38,349 nucleotides of DNA from Candidatus Magasanikbacteria bacterium CG_4_10_14_0_2_um_filter_37_12 (GCA_002793015.1 PFPK01000022.1:1-38349); one strand, 5' to 3'. Positions 18,653 to 28,303 are shown, numbered from the stretch's first letter. Translations and numbers: made by a program. Notes: generated by a model not told the origin, from the letters alone.

Positions 18653-19039
18653 TTATCGCTGAATGACACCTATATTCGGCTCCCCACTATACTCCGCTGA
18701 AATATACTGCCCCTTAGGTTGCTCCAAAAGTTTTGGAATCAATTCTTGAACCATATCAACATCACCAACCGAAATTGCCAAAAGTGGAATCTGTTTCACA
18801 TACGCAAAAGTATTTGCCACCACGCACGCAATCCGTGTACTTGTAAAACTCCCAGCTCCAACAACCACTATAATTCCATGAACACTTTCTTTATTCAGAC
18901 CCATACTAACAAGAAAATCCTCAATCAAAAAAAGAAGCTCCTTATTCCTCCCTTCGTAAATTTTATCAACCATTTTTTCTTCATCAAAAAGAGCCAAATG
19001 AATTTGGTCTTTTTCTGACATGTTTATCAACAAGTACAT
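18653..19039 (-). CDS. tsaB: Short TsaB-like t6A biosynthesis protein
   Basis: G.GSFTSTRI motif and C-terminal Y..EPNI, as in short CPR TsaB homologs. Confidence 0.75.
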   Translation of the reverse strand: MYLLINMSEKDQIHLALFDEEKMVDKIYEGRNKELLFLIEDFLVSMGLNKESVHGIIVVVGAGSFTSTRIACVVANTFAYVKQIPLLAISVGDVDMVQELIPKLLEQPKGQYISAEYSGEPNIGVIQR

Positions 19040-19085
19040 AATTACTTATAAAACTTAGACTACTTAGTCAGCTCAGAAAACTTAA

Positions 19086-19682
19086 TCAAACCTCAAGCTC
19101 ATTAATAGCCACCATCCCCCCAGACTCAAAGAGAGAAAATATAAACTTATCCATCATCTGTCTACGCTCATAAAATTCTTCCACAGTCATGACTGTATAC
19201 CGAATATTGAAACCAACTTCCTTTTCATACTCTGCAATCAGTTTGTCAAAATTACGCTCCTTAATATTACCAATAATCAAAATATCGCTCTGAACATCAG
19301 AATTACCCACAAACTGTCCTGTCAAAAGAAGCAATTGCACTTCACCGGCCTTTTCTTTAAGTGTATTAATGAATTCTTGCTCTCCTAACATTTGAGCTTT
19401 TAGAAGAAGGGCATTCATCTCTGGGTACAAAAATGACGCAGGATTAATCGCATAATATTTTCTCAGTCCTGATCCAGCCTTGCTCTTATTTATATTACTT
19501 GGCGGAGAGACCACTGTGATTAAAGTAAGTTTGAGAAATAATTCGAGCTCTCTTCTAATCGCATTGATCTGAACATCCAGAGATCGAGCCAGTTCTCGAA
19601 CATAAAAAGATTGCGTAGTATCTCGAAAAAATAAACGCAATAAACGAAAACGAGTTTTTGAACCAAAAAATTGTTCAAGCAT
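19086..19682 (-). CDS. Winged-helix plus nucleotidyltransferase-like domain protein
   Basis: FGSKTR..LL..F, YVRELAR and IRREL helix-turn-helix; C-terminal G.F....DILIIG. Confidence 0.7.
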   Translation of the reverse strand: MLEQFFGSKTRFRLLRLFFRDTTQSFYVRELARSLDVQINAIRRELELFLKLTLITVVSPPSNINKSKAGSGLRKYYAINPASFLYPEMNALLLKAQMLGEQEFINTLKEKAGEVQLLLLTGQFVGNSDVQSDILIIGNIKERNFDKLIAEYEKEVGFNIRYTVMTVEEFYERRQMMDKFIFSLFESGGMVAINELEV

Positions 19683-19839
19683 ATTTTTTATAAATCATAA
19701 ATTTAACCTTGCCTGCCAGCAGGCAAAAATCATAAATCATAAACAATTCCAATCTTTTAGCTTCTTAGACATTTTGGACTTCTCCAGTATTCCATGGTCC
19801 ACCTGCTAATAGGCAGACTTTCCAGCTTTCCTAAAGTAT

Positions 19840-19868
19840 AGTATAATAAGATCAGCTAAAAAAGTCAA
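19840..19868 (-). promoter_or_regulatory. Sigma70 promoter overlapping a divergent -10
   Basis: Minus-strand TTGACT-17 nt-TATACT; plus-strand TATAAT at 19842-19847. Confidence 0.6.
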
Positions 19869-19883
19869 AGATGCCAAGCTTAT

Positions 19884-22127
19884 ATGAATAATGTTGACAT
19901 ACGAGAATTTTTCGTTGAAGGAGACGACCAAAAAACCTCACACGTCTTGTTACACATCACCGAGCCATCCACTGCCGAAGAAATAGAAAAGGGCTATTTT
20001 TTAGCATTGTGTGAGATAAATAATGGCTCTATTGAACATATTGAACAGCTCCAACAAATCATTGATGACATCGAAGCTGGATATTATAACACCGCCAATG
20101 AAGATGGCGATAAAAATCCTTTTGAGCTTACCTTAGAATACATCAACAGAAAAAACCTAGAAATATCAGACAAAAAAATAGCAATTCATTGTTTGGTAGC
20201 AGTAGTAAAAAATAATACTATCTCAATTAGTTACCATGGAAATCCCCATGCTATATTATTTTATGAACAAAAAAATCAAATCCATACTTTCAATATTCTA
20301 AAAGAACAGGCCGAAAACAACGATAGCGACGCCCTATTTTCTTCTGTTATTGAAGGCAACGTTAATCCTGGAGACAAAATATTTGTTGCCACCCCCCAGG
20401 TCACTGATCATTTTTCTTACGACAGACTTGAAAAAATAATCACCTCAAGAAGCATACCTCAAAGTGTAGATCACATAGAAAAAGTCTTAAAAAATCTTCA
20501 TGGTCACTCTTCATTTGGAGGTATTTTATGTGAATATCTATCAAATAAAAATCCACAAGAAACAGAAAAAGAACCTCAATCCAAAAAATTAGATCAGAGT
20601 TCTGCCGAATCCTTAGACCAATTACTTCAATCTGAAAGAAATACCGCTGAAACCCTCTCTCCTCCTTTGTTCAGTCTTTTCAGGAAAAAGACCAAAAAAG
20701 AAGAAAGTATCAATAAAACAAGAATCTCCCTGAAAAAAAGAAGAAAGATAGTGAGAGACAATGTCACAGAAACCAACTACAGACCACACCAAGACAGCGA
20801 GATACGTACAATTAAGTCCACCACACTAGTTTTGGTTGGTAGAACCTTAGTAGAAGGCGGATTATGGTTAATTAATTTAATAAAAAAACTGGCTATTGTA
20901 ATTGGAAAAATATTCATCATGATTTTTATTTTAATTACTAATAAAAATAATAGCAGGCGTGAAGCAATCCAATCTTTTAAAAATACAGGCCACAATCTCG
21001 GACAATTCATCAAAGAATTACCAATTGCAAGTAAAATCCTCCTCTTTGGCACAATCATCGCTGCCATACTTTTTATTAGCAGTATTGCTGGGATGAAAAT
21101 AAATGAAGAGCGTCTTGTCAGGGAACAAAACTACAACAACCATATTCAAGCTATCGAAGACAAAATCGCCATAGCTGAAGCCAGTATAATCTATAACGAT
21201 AACAGCAAGGCATTTACAACACTCAAAGAAGCCCAAGAATTGACCGACGCTATCTCCGACAATGGAAAAGAGTCAAAAGAATTACAACAACAATTTTCTG
21301 TCTCTATTGAAGAAAAATTAATTAAACTAAGAAATGTCACCGTAGTTTCTCCACAACTTCTAATTGATCTCCAAAATCAATATGGAGAAATAAATACCAA
21401 AAAAATGACCAGAATCGACGACACACTGGTTGCTTACGGACCAGAAGATCAATCATTTTATAGTTTTGAAATTAATTCAAAAAATAGCGAGACACATCTC
21501 CATGATATTGTCTCAAACATCACAGGGGGTTCCACTCCAAAAGAACAAGACAAGATTGTTTTCTTATCCGGAAACCAAGACATCTTTGAATACAACAAAG
21601 AAACAAAAACTTTATCAAAGAATGATATTGCTTACCCAGACGACAAACCCCAAATTACCGACATTTTTATTTACAATCTCCGCCTATATGCGATCGATAA
21701 AAAAAATAATCAAATTTACAAACATAACAAAACAAAAACCGGCTATGACAAAGGAAGCCCTTGGATAAAAACAAATAACGTTGACCTAAGTGATGCGGTA
21801 TCTCTTGCTGTTGATGGTGATATCTTTGTTTTAAAAGAAAATGGAGAAATTCTCAAATTTGTCAGTGGAAAAAAAGAAGAATTCACCATCACTGGTCTGG
21901 ATCCAGAATTATCAAAGCCAAGCATAATCTGGACATACAATGATGTACAAAATATCTACATCCTTGAGCCGTCTGTAAAACGTATTGTGGTATTAAACAA
22001 AGAAGGAAAGCTGCTCAAACAATACACTGTCAACGAATGGCAAGAGCCAACTGGAATGATTGTCGACGAAGCCAAAAAAACTATTTACGTTCTAGACCAA
22101 AACAAGATTTATTCGTTTGGAATCTAA
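19884..22127 (+). CDS. Large membrane protein: PP2C-like N-terminal fold, TM helices, C-terminal beta-propeller
   Basis: 747-aa ORF with central hydrophobic segments and C-terminal repeats (LYAIDK, AVDGDIFVL, IYILEP, IYVLD). Domain calls are inferred from sequence pattern. Confidence 0.65.
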   Translation: MNNVDIREFFVEGDDQKTSHVLLHITEPSTAEEIEKGYFLALCEINNGSIEHIEQLQQIIDDIEAGYYNTANEDGDKNPFELTLEYINRKNLEISDKKIAIHCLVAVVKNNTISISYHGNPHAILFYEQKNQIHTFNILKEQAENNDSDALFSSVIEGNVNPGDKIFVATPQVTDHFSYDRLEKIITSRSIPQSVDHIEKVLKNLHGHSSFGGILCEYLSNKNPQETEKEPQSKKLDQSSAESLDQLLQSERNTAETLSPPLFSLFRKKTKKEESINKTRISLKKRRKIVRDNVTETNYRPHQDSEIRTIKSTTLVLVGRTLVEGGLWLINLIKKLAIVIGKIFIMIFILITNKNNSRREAIQSFKNTGHNLGQFIKELPIASKILLFGTIIAAILFISSIAGMKINEERLVREQNYNNHIQAIEDKIAIAEASIIYNDNSKAFTTLKEAQELTDAISDNGKESKELQQQFSVSIEEKLIKLRNVTVVSPQLLIDLQNQYGEINTKKMTRIDDTLVAYGPEDQSFYSFEINSKNSETHLHDIVSNITGGSTPKEQDKIVFLSGNQDIFEYNKETKTLSKNDIAYPDDKPQITDIFIYNLRLYAIDKKNNQIYKHNKTKTGYDKGSPWIKTNNVDLSDAVSLAVDGDIFVLKENGEILKFVSGKKEEFTITGLDPELSKPSIIWTYNDVQNIYILEPSVKRIVVLNKEGKLLKQYTVNEWQEPTGMIVDEAKKTIYVLDQNKIYSFGI

Positions 22128-22181
22128 AAATATAATAAGCATACTCCGAGATGACAGATGAAAACTTAGTATGAGTTCAAT

Positions 22182-22216
22182 AAAAAAAAATCAGCCACTT
22201 TCATGGCTGATTTTTT
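22182..22216. terminator. Bidirectional intrinsic terminator
   Basis: A9-TCAGCCA..TGGCTGA-T6 between convergent genes. Confidence 0.85.
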
Positions 22217-22256
22217 GTTACTTATTTGTGATGGTTTGTATCAAAATCGATGCTCC

Positions 22257-22682
22257 TTATTTTAAGACTACCTTTCCACCGGCTTCTTCGATTTGTTTCT
22301 TAAGCTCTTCTGCTTCAGCCTTTGGTACATTCTCCTTTATAGCTTTTGGAGCTCCGTCTACCAATGCTTTAGCATCAGCAAGACCTAAGCCAGTAGCAGC
22401 TTTCACTGCCTTGATAACAGCAATCTTGGTTGTGCCAGCATCAGTAAGCTCAACAGTAAATTCTGTCTTCTCTTCTGTTCCAGCGTCACCAGCAACACCA
22501 ACAACAGCTGGACCAGCCATCATCATAGCAGGTGCGGAAGCTGAAACGCCAAACTTGTCTTCCAAAATCTTCACTAATTCAGCTAGATCAAGTACAGACA
22601 TTTTCTCTACTTCTTCTACAAGAGATTTAAATTTGGCAGGCACTTCTACTACTTTTTCTTCTGTTGTGTTTTCTTCTGTCAT
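22257..22682 (-). CDS. rplL: 50S ribosomal protein L7/L12
   Basis: [25 protein letters not shown] and [15 protein letters not shown] motifs. Confidence 0.97.
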   Translation of the reverse strand: MTEENTTEEKVVEVPAKFKSLVEEVEKMSVLDLAELVKILEDKFGVSASAPAMMMAGPAVVGVAGDAGTEEKTEFTVELTDAGTTKIAVIKAVKAATGLGLADAKALVDGAPKAIKENVPKAEAEELKKQIEEAGGKVVLK

Positions 22683-22716
22683 ATTTTTTATTTTAAATAT
22701 CTAAGTTAGGTTATAT

Positions 22717-23238
22717 TTATACTTTAGCATCTTTGATTGCGCTAAGGACAAACACTAGACCACGCAAATTACCGGCAAGAACATTAACGAATCCAGAAAT
22801 TGGAGCATTAAGTGTACCAACCACTTTTGCAAGGAGCTCTTGTTTACTTGGTAGAGCGGATAATTCTTTTACTTTAGCGTCATCAATCAATTTGCCTTCC
22901 AACATTCCGCCGAAAATCGAGACCAACTCGTGACTCTTGGCAAATTTAGCAATAATCTGAGCAGGGGCGACCTCATCTGTCACACCAATGATTACGGCTG
23001 GGGATCCCTCAAACACCTTCGTATTCACTTCCAACCCAAGTTCAGAAAGAGCTTTTTGGAGAAGAGTCTTCTTGCTGGCAACATATGTGATATTTTGATC
23101 ACGACAAATGCCACGAAGTTCTTCTGATTCAGACACTTTCAAACCTTGAAAGTTGGCAAATACAGCAGCTTTGGAATCCTTGAGGTGAAATACTAGATCT
23201 TGAACAGCTTGTTCTTTTGATTGTTTTGTTTTGGCCAT
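22717..23238 (-). CDS. rplJ: 50S ribosomal protein L10
   Basis: GL.V....LR, K.TLL..AL and LSALPSKQELLA motifs; upstream of rplL. Confidence 0.96.
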   Translation of the reverse strand: MAKTKQSKEQAVQDLVFHLKDSKAAVFANFQGLKVSESEELRGICRDQNITYVASKKTLLQKALSELGLEVNTKVFEGSPAVIIGVTDEVAPAQIIAKFAKSHELVSIFGGMLEGKLIDDAKVKELSALPSKQELLAKVVGTLNAPISGFVNVLAGNLRGLVFVLSAIKDAKV

Positions 23239-23239
23239 A

Positions 23240-23312
23240 AATCTTAGTTTTCAAAGTTATTTAAGTTTGTTTAGTTTTCTAAGTTATCTTTTTAACCTAG
23301 AAACTATCCAAC
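23240..23312. repeat. Degenerate AGTTTTCTA 9-mer repeat element
   Basis: About five degenerate 9-mers followed by a short complementary arm (TAGAAACT). Confidence 0.5.
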
Positions 23313-23316
23313 AAAC

Positions 23317-23483
23317 AAAAAACTGTGGTTTTACCACAGACTTCTATAACTCTTCGACTTTATTAATTCAACTTGATTAAGCCTAGAAAACTAAATTTTC
23401 TTTGGGCTGACTCAAATCTAATTAGAGTTACCTCGGCAGGATATTTAATCCCGACTGAGTCGGGAACCTACTGTCTATGGTGC
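23317..23483 (-). promoter_or_regulatory. L10 leader (ribosomal protein autoregulatory RNA) with terminator
   Basis: CCAUAGACAGUAGGU...UUAAAUAUCCUGCCGAGG matches the L10-leader core. Terminator CUGUGGU..ACCACAG+U6 at 23317-23340. Confidence 0.85.
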
Positions 23484-23487
23484 GGAT

Positions 23488-23516
23488 ATAATACTATATA
23501 GATGAAAATTTGTCAA
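23488..23516 (-). promoter_or_regulatory. Sigma70 promoter of rplJL
   Basis: TTGACA-17 nt-TATTAT immediately before the leader. Confidence 0.75.
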
Positions 23517-23544
23517 TATAAACTATACACAAGATATATTGTTC

Positions 23545-24387
23545 TTATGTCATAACCCAAAATGGCTTGATAAACTGTTTTTTAAACTTCGAAGCCTTTT
23601 TGCTGTCACGTGAGATTACCAACTTTGTTTTCCCTCTACCCTCGATGATATGCTTAAACACACCCTTTTCTTTTTCCCTTAGTTTAGTATATGTCGTATA
23701 AAATTCATCAATACGTTGTGCCACCTTTTTGTCAATCCAAACCTCAATAATAAAATCACCAATGATATTTACATAATAATTTTCTCTCCCAAAAAGTATA
23801 TTTTCTTGTGCATAATATTGACTCCACTCGCCGTCAAAATAATGTCGAATATCTAGGTCAAATGGTTTCTTATGACAAGATAAAACAAAATATTGTCGTT
23901 TATTATTGACAAACAAATCTCGCACTTTGATTTCATTTTCTGGGTGAGCTATGAAAAACCAACTATGTGGATTATACGCAATAAATGGCTCTTGTCCGCC
24001 GGTTATTACCTCAATTTGGAAAATAGCATGATTCCAAAATGCATCAGTAAGTAACGAATTTGTAAAATTATATTGAATTTTTTCACCATCCTGAAGATGT
24101 AAAAAATGCCCGCTATGTGTGGTCGCTGTAAGATACACATGTTCTGCTGAATCGACGAAAAAAACCAACTCTTTTAACCACACAGCATTAAGTGATACCA
24201 TTTTTTTATGAGTCACCAAAACTTCGTCTTTCTTAAGAGAGTGAATAATATAATACACTCCTTGTTTGGTAGTTTTAGGTCTTACCTTTTGTATAGACGT
24301 TATAACATCTGTTATTTTCATTGGCCCTTTTCTAAGGAGAAATAATAGATGTTCTTCTATATCCTTATTTTTTTGAAAAAATAGCAT
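23545..24387 (-). CDS. Putative winged-helix transcriptional regulator
   Basis: N-terminal HTH-like segment TKQGVY.....L....VL; C-terminal domain not identified. Confidence 0.6.
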   Translation of the reverse strand: MLFFQKNKDIEEHLLFLLRKGPMKITDVITSIQKVRPKTTKQGVYYIIHSLKKDEVLVTHKKMVSLNAVWLKELVFFVDSAEHVYLTATTHSGHFLHLQDGEKIQYNFTNSLLTDAFWNHAIFQIEVITGGQEPFIAYNPHSWFFIAHPENEIKVRDLFVNNKRQYFVLSCHKKPFDLDIRHYFDGEWSQYYAQENILFGRENYYVNIIGDFIIEVWIDKKVAQRIDEFYTTYTKLREKEKGVFKHIIEGRGKTKLVISRDSKKASKFKKQFIKPFWVMT

Positions 24388-24438
24388 ATATAATTAACTA
24401 AATATCATGATGCATTATTATACTATAATACACTCAAA

Positions 24439-24459
24439 AAGTAAAGAGTTCCTTTACTT
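24439..24459. promoter_or_regulatory. Operator-like palindrome AAGTAAAG-N5-CTTTACTT
   Basis: Perfect 8-bp inverted repeat overlapping the -35 of a minus-strand TTTACT-17 nt-TATAAT promoter (24417-24445). Confidence 0.55.
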
Positions 24460-24548
24460 CTTGTACAAAATACGACACACATTAGAAGAAAATAAATTTA
24501 TATGATAAAAAATATCATATGAGCTTAAAAAAAAATAACTACATATAT

Positions 24549-24902
24549 ATGGACTGGAAAAACCTTGCCCCCGACTTAATTCGCCAACGAGTTATAATTG
24601 AAGGCACGACAAAAAAAATTGTCGAGCCTAATCAGATTACAAAATATCTAAATGAGTTGGCAAAAGTGACGGGAATGGAAAAACTTTCTGGTCCGTTTGT
24701 CTATAGTGCCCATGAAATGGGTTATGGCGGTTGGATCCATTGAAAATCTTCGGGAGCAACCTTTTATTCATATCCAACAAAAGACCCCCTTTTCACTGTT
24801 GATTGTTATACATGCAAGCCATTCTCGATAGATGGGGCTGGAAAATTTACTAAAAAATTTTTTAATGCCACAGATATAGTCTGGAAAGAGATTGATGCAT
24901 AA
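24549..24902 (+). pseudogene. S-adenosylmethionine decarboxylase-like proenzyme interrupted by in-frame TGA (24741-24743)
   Basis: The frame continues after TGA: GYGGWIH*KSSGATFYSYP...FTVDCYTCKPF...IVWKEIDA. D-x-YTC and the overall length fit the SpeD family. Confidence 0.75.
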
Positions 24903-24924
24903 GTTTTTTCTTTTTTTCTAAATT

Positions 24925-24973
24925 AAACAAAAAAAAGACTCTGTGGAGAAAAAACAAAGTCTTTTTTTGTTTA
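24925..24973. terminator. Bidirectional terminator-like hairpin
   Basis: AAACAAAAAAAAGACT..AGTCTTTTTTTGTTT between the convergent speD-like gene and the tRNA. Confidence 0.6.
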
Positions 24974-24974
24974 G

Positions 24975-25046
24975 TAGCCCGTAGGGGAATCGAACCCCTG
25001 TTACTAGGATGAGAACCTAGCGTCCTAGCCACTAGACGAACGGGCC
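24975..25046 (-). tRNA. tRNA-Glu (anticodon CTC), CCA not encoded
   Basis: Cloverleaf GGCCCGT/ACGGGCT, anticodon arm CTAGG-TTCTCAT-CCTAG, T-loop GGTTCGATTCC; followed by CTA. Confidence 0.95.
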
Positions 25047-25082
25047 ATAATGGAAAATCAAATCCATACTTAGAACGTGAAA

Positions 25083-25111
25083 ATTATATATGATTAAGCC
25101 AAAATAGTCAA
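25083..25111 (-). promoter_or_regulatory. Sigma70 promoter of tRNA-Glu
   Basis: TTGACT-17 nt-TATAAT. Confidence 0.75.
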
Positions 25112-25127
25112 TGATCATCTACCAAAT

Positions 25128-26903
25128 CTACCTAGATGGCGGAACTTGATAATAATCCAAGAGGAACTTGCTAATATCTCCAAAAACTGGTGCAGTGGTG
25201 CTATCCGAATAATTTCTTTGAGGTCGATCGAATTTTATAATCATCACAAATTTTGGGTCATCGACCGGAGCAAATCCTACGAAAGATTGGTTGGTCTCAT
25301 CACTATATCCACCTTTGTTGGCAATCTGAGCTGTGCCAGTTTTTCCTGCCACATAATAACCCTTCACAGAAGAAGCGCCGGCGTGTCCACTGTCCACCAC
25401 CTTCACCAACATAGCAGACAAAATAGCGGCGCTTTTCTTACTAATTATTTCACCTAGTGACTTAGGGCGAGTTTGTGCTATTTTTCCATCGGAATACACT
25501 ATTTTTTCTACTACATAAGTCTTCATCATATTTCCACCATTGGCAATAGCCCCAAAAGCAGAAACCATCTGGAGCGGAGTGGCAGTGATACCCTGTCCAA
25601 AAGAGGCTGTGGCCGCATAGCAGTCAAACTGATCTACTTTGTTTTCAAAAAGAGATTGAATGGTTCCAGAAGATTCACTGTCCAACTCTATTCCAGTTTT
25701 CACACCAAAACCAAATTTTTCAATGTAATCAATAAAATTCTTCTTGCCAATTTGTTCTACGACATAGATCATACCAGTGTTGATAGAATTTACTAGCACC
25801 CCAGTCATGGTCTGGTCTTTATATGCCTTATCCATAGCGTTCTTTATAGGTGTTCTGCACAGACCTTCTTTGCTACCACTATCATAAAAGTAAGAATCCT
25901 GTGTCAGGATGCCCAAATCAAGAGCAGCTGCCATGGCAATCGGCTTGAAGATAGATCCTGGCTCATATGCAGTAAAAATACTAGAATTGTTGTAAGCATT
26001 AACATCATCAATGTTCCCATAATCATTGAGATCAAAATCTGGCAATGAACACATTGCTCTGATAGCACCAGTGCTTGGATCCATAATTATTAACGAAGCA
26101 CTGGCTGCCCCATACTCTTCCATACCCTGACGCAGGCGCTCACAAGCTTTGAACTGCAGTGTTCGGTCAATTGTCAAATAAATGTCCGCCCCATCATCTG
26201 CTGCTTCAAACGAGCGTCCAGCCAATGGAATCAGACTACCAGCCAGACCTTTCTTGGCTTCTAAAAAACCACCTTTTCCCCCAAGCTCTTGTTGCCAATA
26301 ACCTTCAATGCCATAACGCCCAATATCATTACCATTTTCGTCTCTACCAACAAAACCAATAACATGAGCGCCCAATTCTCCTTCGGGATAAAATCTCTCT
26401 GAACGACGAACAAATCCCACGCCAGGCAGATTTCGTTCTTTCAAAATATCTACCAGATTTTCCTCTACTTTGTTTTCAATCGGCTCATATGGATCTGTAC
26501 GTTTATTGACTTGTAAATAAACTTCCAACTTTTTTTGATCATCATATTGAAATACTTCTGACAATGCTATAGAAACGTCTTCGGCGGTATTATCATCTTT
26601 AATTTCACGCGTATCTACAAAGACAATAAAAAAATCTTTGTTTAATGCCGCTGGATATGCTTCGCCAGTATATTTGTCAGCCATAAAAAATATTTCTCCA
26701 CGCTCAGGAAAAAGTTGTTCATATAGGGACTGAGATCCGGCAGCTAAAGCTACATAAAACCCATGCTCCACAACCATTAACACAAACAGGCGGATCACTA
26801 TCACAAAAGTAAAAAGACTCAAAAACAAAACCCCTACTCGAAGACGGCTGTCACACGAATTTGCGGTATCTCCTTTATTTTTTTTCTTAAAATTTTTATA
26901 CAC
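25128..26903 (-). CDS. Class B penicillin-binding protein (FtsI/PBP2 family)
   Basis: RG.I, R.YP.G and G..GIE dimerisation-domain motifs; catalytic SIFK, SIN and KTGT. Start uncertain (GTG 26903 or 26957). Confidence 0.9.
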   Translation of the reverse strand: MYKNFKKKNKGDTANSCDSRLRVGVLFLSLFTFVIVIRLFVLMVVEHGFYVALAAGSQSLYEQLFPERGEIFFMADKYTGEAYPAALNKDFFIVFVDTREIKDDNTAEDVSIALSEVFQYDDQKKLEVYLQVNKRTDPYEPIENKVEENLVDILKERNLPGVGFVRRSERFYPEGELGAHVIGFVGRDENGNDIGRYGIEGYWQQELGGKGGFLEAKKGLAGSLIPLAGRSFEAADDGADIYLTIDRTLQFKACERLRQGMEEYGAASASLIIMDPSTGAIRAMCSLPDFDLNDYGNIDDVNAYNNSSIFTAYEPGSIFKPIAMAAALDLGILTQDSYFYDSGSKEGLCRTPIKNAMDKAYKDQTMTGVLVNSINTGMIYVVEQIGKKNFIDYIEKFGFGVKTGIELDSESSGTIQSLFENKVDQFDCYAATASFGQGITATPLQMVSAFGAIANGGNMMKTYVVEKIVYSDGKIAQTRPKSLGEIISKKSAAILSAMLVKVVDSGHAGASSVKGYYVAGKTGTAQIANKGGYSDETNQSFVGFAPVDDPKFVMIIKFDRPQRNYSDSTTAPVFGDISKFLLDYYQVPPSR

Positions 26904-27040
26904 AGTCACACGAAAAATTACAAACAACGAAAAACAATAAATGAGGTCGTATCTCAAGTCTATTCAAGCAATGGAATAATACATTACTAATCTGCCTTTC
27001 GATGGGAATCCATTTGTCCCAACTTTAATTTTGGGCATCT

Positions 27041-28075
27041 CTATATCTTTCTGTGTCTGCCTATTCGGTTGTCTGCGGTCTCTTTACTAATCAAGCCGTC
27101 TTTCAAAAGTTTTGTGATAGCATTGTCCATAGTTACCATCCCATCTTTTACTCCAGTTTGAATTGAACTTTGAATCTGAACAATATTATTTTCTCTAATC
27201 AAATTACTAATTGCTGGAGTGTTGACCAATATTTCTCTGGCAGCTACCCTTTTGTTATCAACAGTTGGCACCAATTGTTGAGCCACAATACAACGTAACA
27301 CCGCTGAAAGCTGGATGAGGACCTGCTTTTGCTTGGCTCCTTCAAAAACATCTACAATACGTTCCACAGCCTCAGCCGCAGTCGAGGTATGAAGAGTAGA
27401 AAACACCAAATGGCCAGTCTCGGCAGCCGTCAATACTGTAGCGATGGTCTCAGGATCGCGCATCTCGCCAACCACAATTACATTTGGATCCTGACGCAAA
27501 ACATGCTTAAGGGCAGCATCAAAAGACTTGGTGTCAACCCCGACTTCGCGTTGTTCAATCAAACTTTCCTTATCTTCAAAAGTAAACTCTACAGGATCCT
27601 CAATAGTGATAATATGTGATTTCCTAGTTTGGTTAATTTTTTCAACCATGCTGGCAATGGTGGTTGATTTACCATGCCCGGTCGGCCCTACTACCAAAAC
27701 AAGACCGTCTAGTAAATTGATACAATTCTCAAGCACTGGTTCAAAACGAAGTTCTTCTGGCGTGGGAATATTTTTTGGAATAAGACGTGCCGACAAACCA
27801 ATCTTATTATTCTGTCTATGAATATTAACTCGAAAACGAACTTCACCAATTTCGTAACTAAAATCCAGCTCTAACTCGTCTAAAAATGTCTTCTTTTGCT
27901 CGCTAGAAAGCATACCAAAAACACCTGTTTCCAAATCACTGGAAGATATGTCAGTTTCTTCAACATTTTGCAAAACTCCCTCAACACGTATGGTTGGCTT
28001 TTCATCACCAACAAGGTGAAGATCTGAGGCGTTACTTTCCAAAGCTAATTCGAAGTATGATTTCAATAATTTCAT
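27041..28075 (-). CDS. pilT: Type IV pilus retraction ATPase PilT family
   Basis: ASDLHL, GPTGHGKSTT, TIEDPVE, LRQDPNVIVVGEMRD, ETGHLVFSTLHT and NLIRE motifs. Likely start ATG 28075. Confidence 0.93.
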   Translation of the reverse strand: MKLLKSYFELALESNASDLHLVGDEKPTIRVEGVLQNVEETDISSSDLETGVFGMLSSEQKKTFLDELELDFSYEIGEVRFRVNIHRQNNKIGLSARLIPKNIPTPEELRFEPVLENCINLLDGLVLVVGPTGHGKSTTIASMVEKINQTRKSHIITIEDPVEFTFEDKESLIEQREVGVDTKSFDAALKHVLRQDPNVIVVGEMRDPETIATVLTAAETGHLVFSTLHTSTAAEAVERIVDVFEGAKQKQVLIQLSAVLRCIVAQQLVPTVDNKRVAAREILVNTPAISNLIRENNIVQIQSSIQTGVKDGMVTMDNAITKLLKDGLISKETADNRIGRHRKI

Positions 28076-28258
28076 AAATAAAAGCTTAAAATGCCAAAAA
28101 AAGCTAAATAAACTTAAAAGACTTAAATTCCTTTCTAGTTTAGCACAAAAAAATATTAGATACCACAAAAAAAAATCCCCTTGACCACATTTACCGATAA
28201 GCAGCCCAGCATACAAGGGAAGAAAAAGATTACTCTTCACATGGTCAGTGACGAGGAG

Positions 28259-28290
28259 AAAAAAACATTCGCTTTCCAAGCGAATGTTTT
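28259..28290 (-). terminator. Intrinsic terminator after the YtxH-like gene
   Basis: AAAACATTCGC..GCGAATGTTTTTTT. Confidence 0.8.
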
Positions 28291-28303
28291 AACTTGAAAC
28301 TAT

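Noticed and set aside
22171-23127. Plus-strand ORFs antisense to rplL/rplJ, and similar shadow ORFs over glyQS, mreB, holB, pilT, PBP and GT genes
   Set aside because: They are antisense or alternate-frame shadows of well-supported genes.
24741-24743. Genome-wide TGA recoding (code 4 or 25)
   Set aside because: All long genes are open under the standard code, and several end at TGA with tight junctions (e.g. 7276, 8418, 17379).
23520-25046. Prophage or integrative element at tRNA-Glu
   Set aside because: No integrase, phage genes or att-like duplication of the tRNA 3' end was seen.
28167-28258. SRP RNA or 6S RNA identity for the pilT-upstream structure
   Set aside because: It lacks the SRP CAGG/GNRA/AGCA helix-8 arrangement and is too short for 6S; kept only as an unassigned structure.
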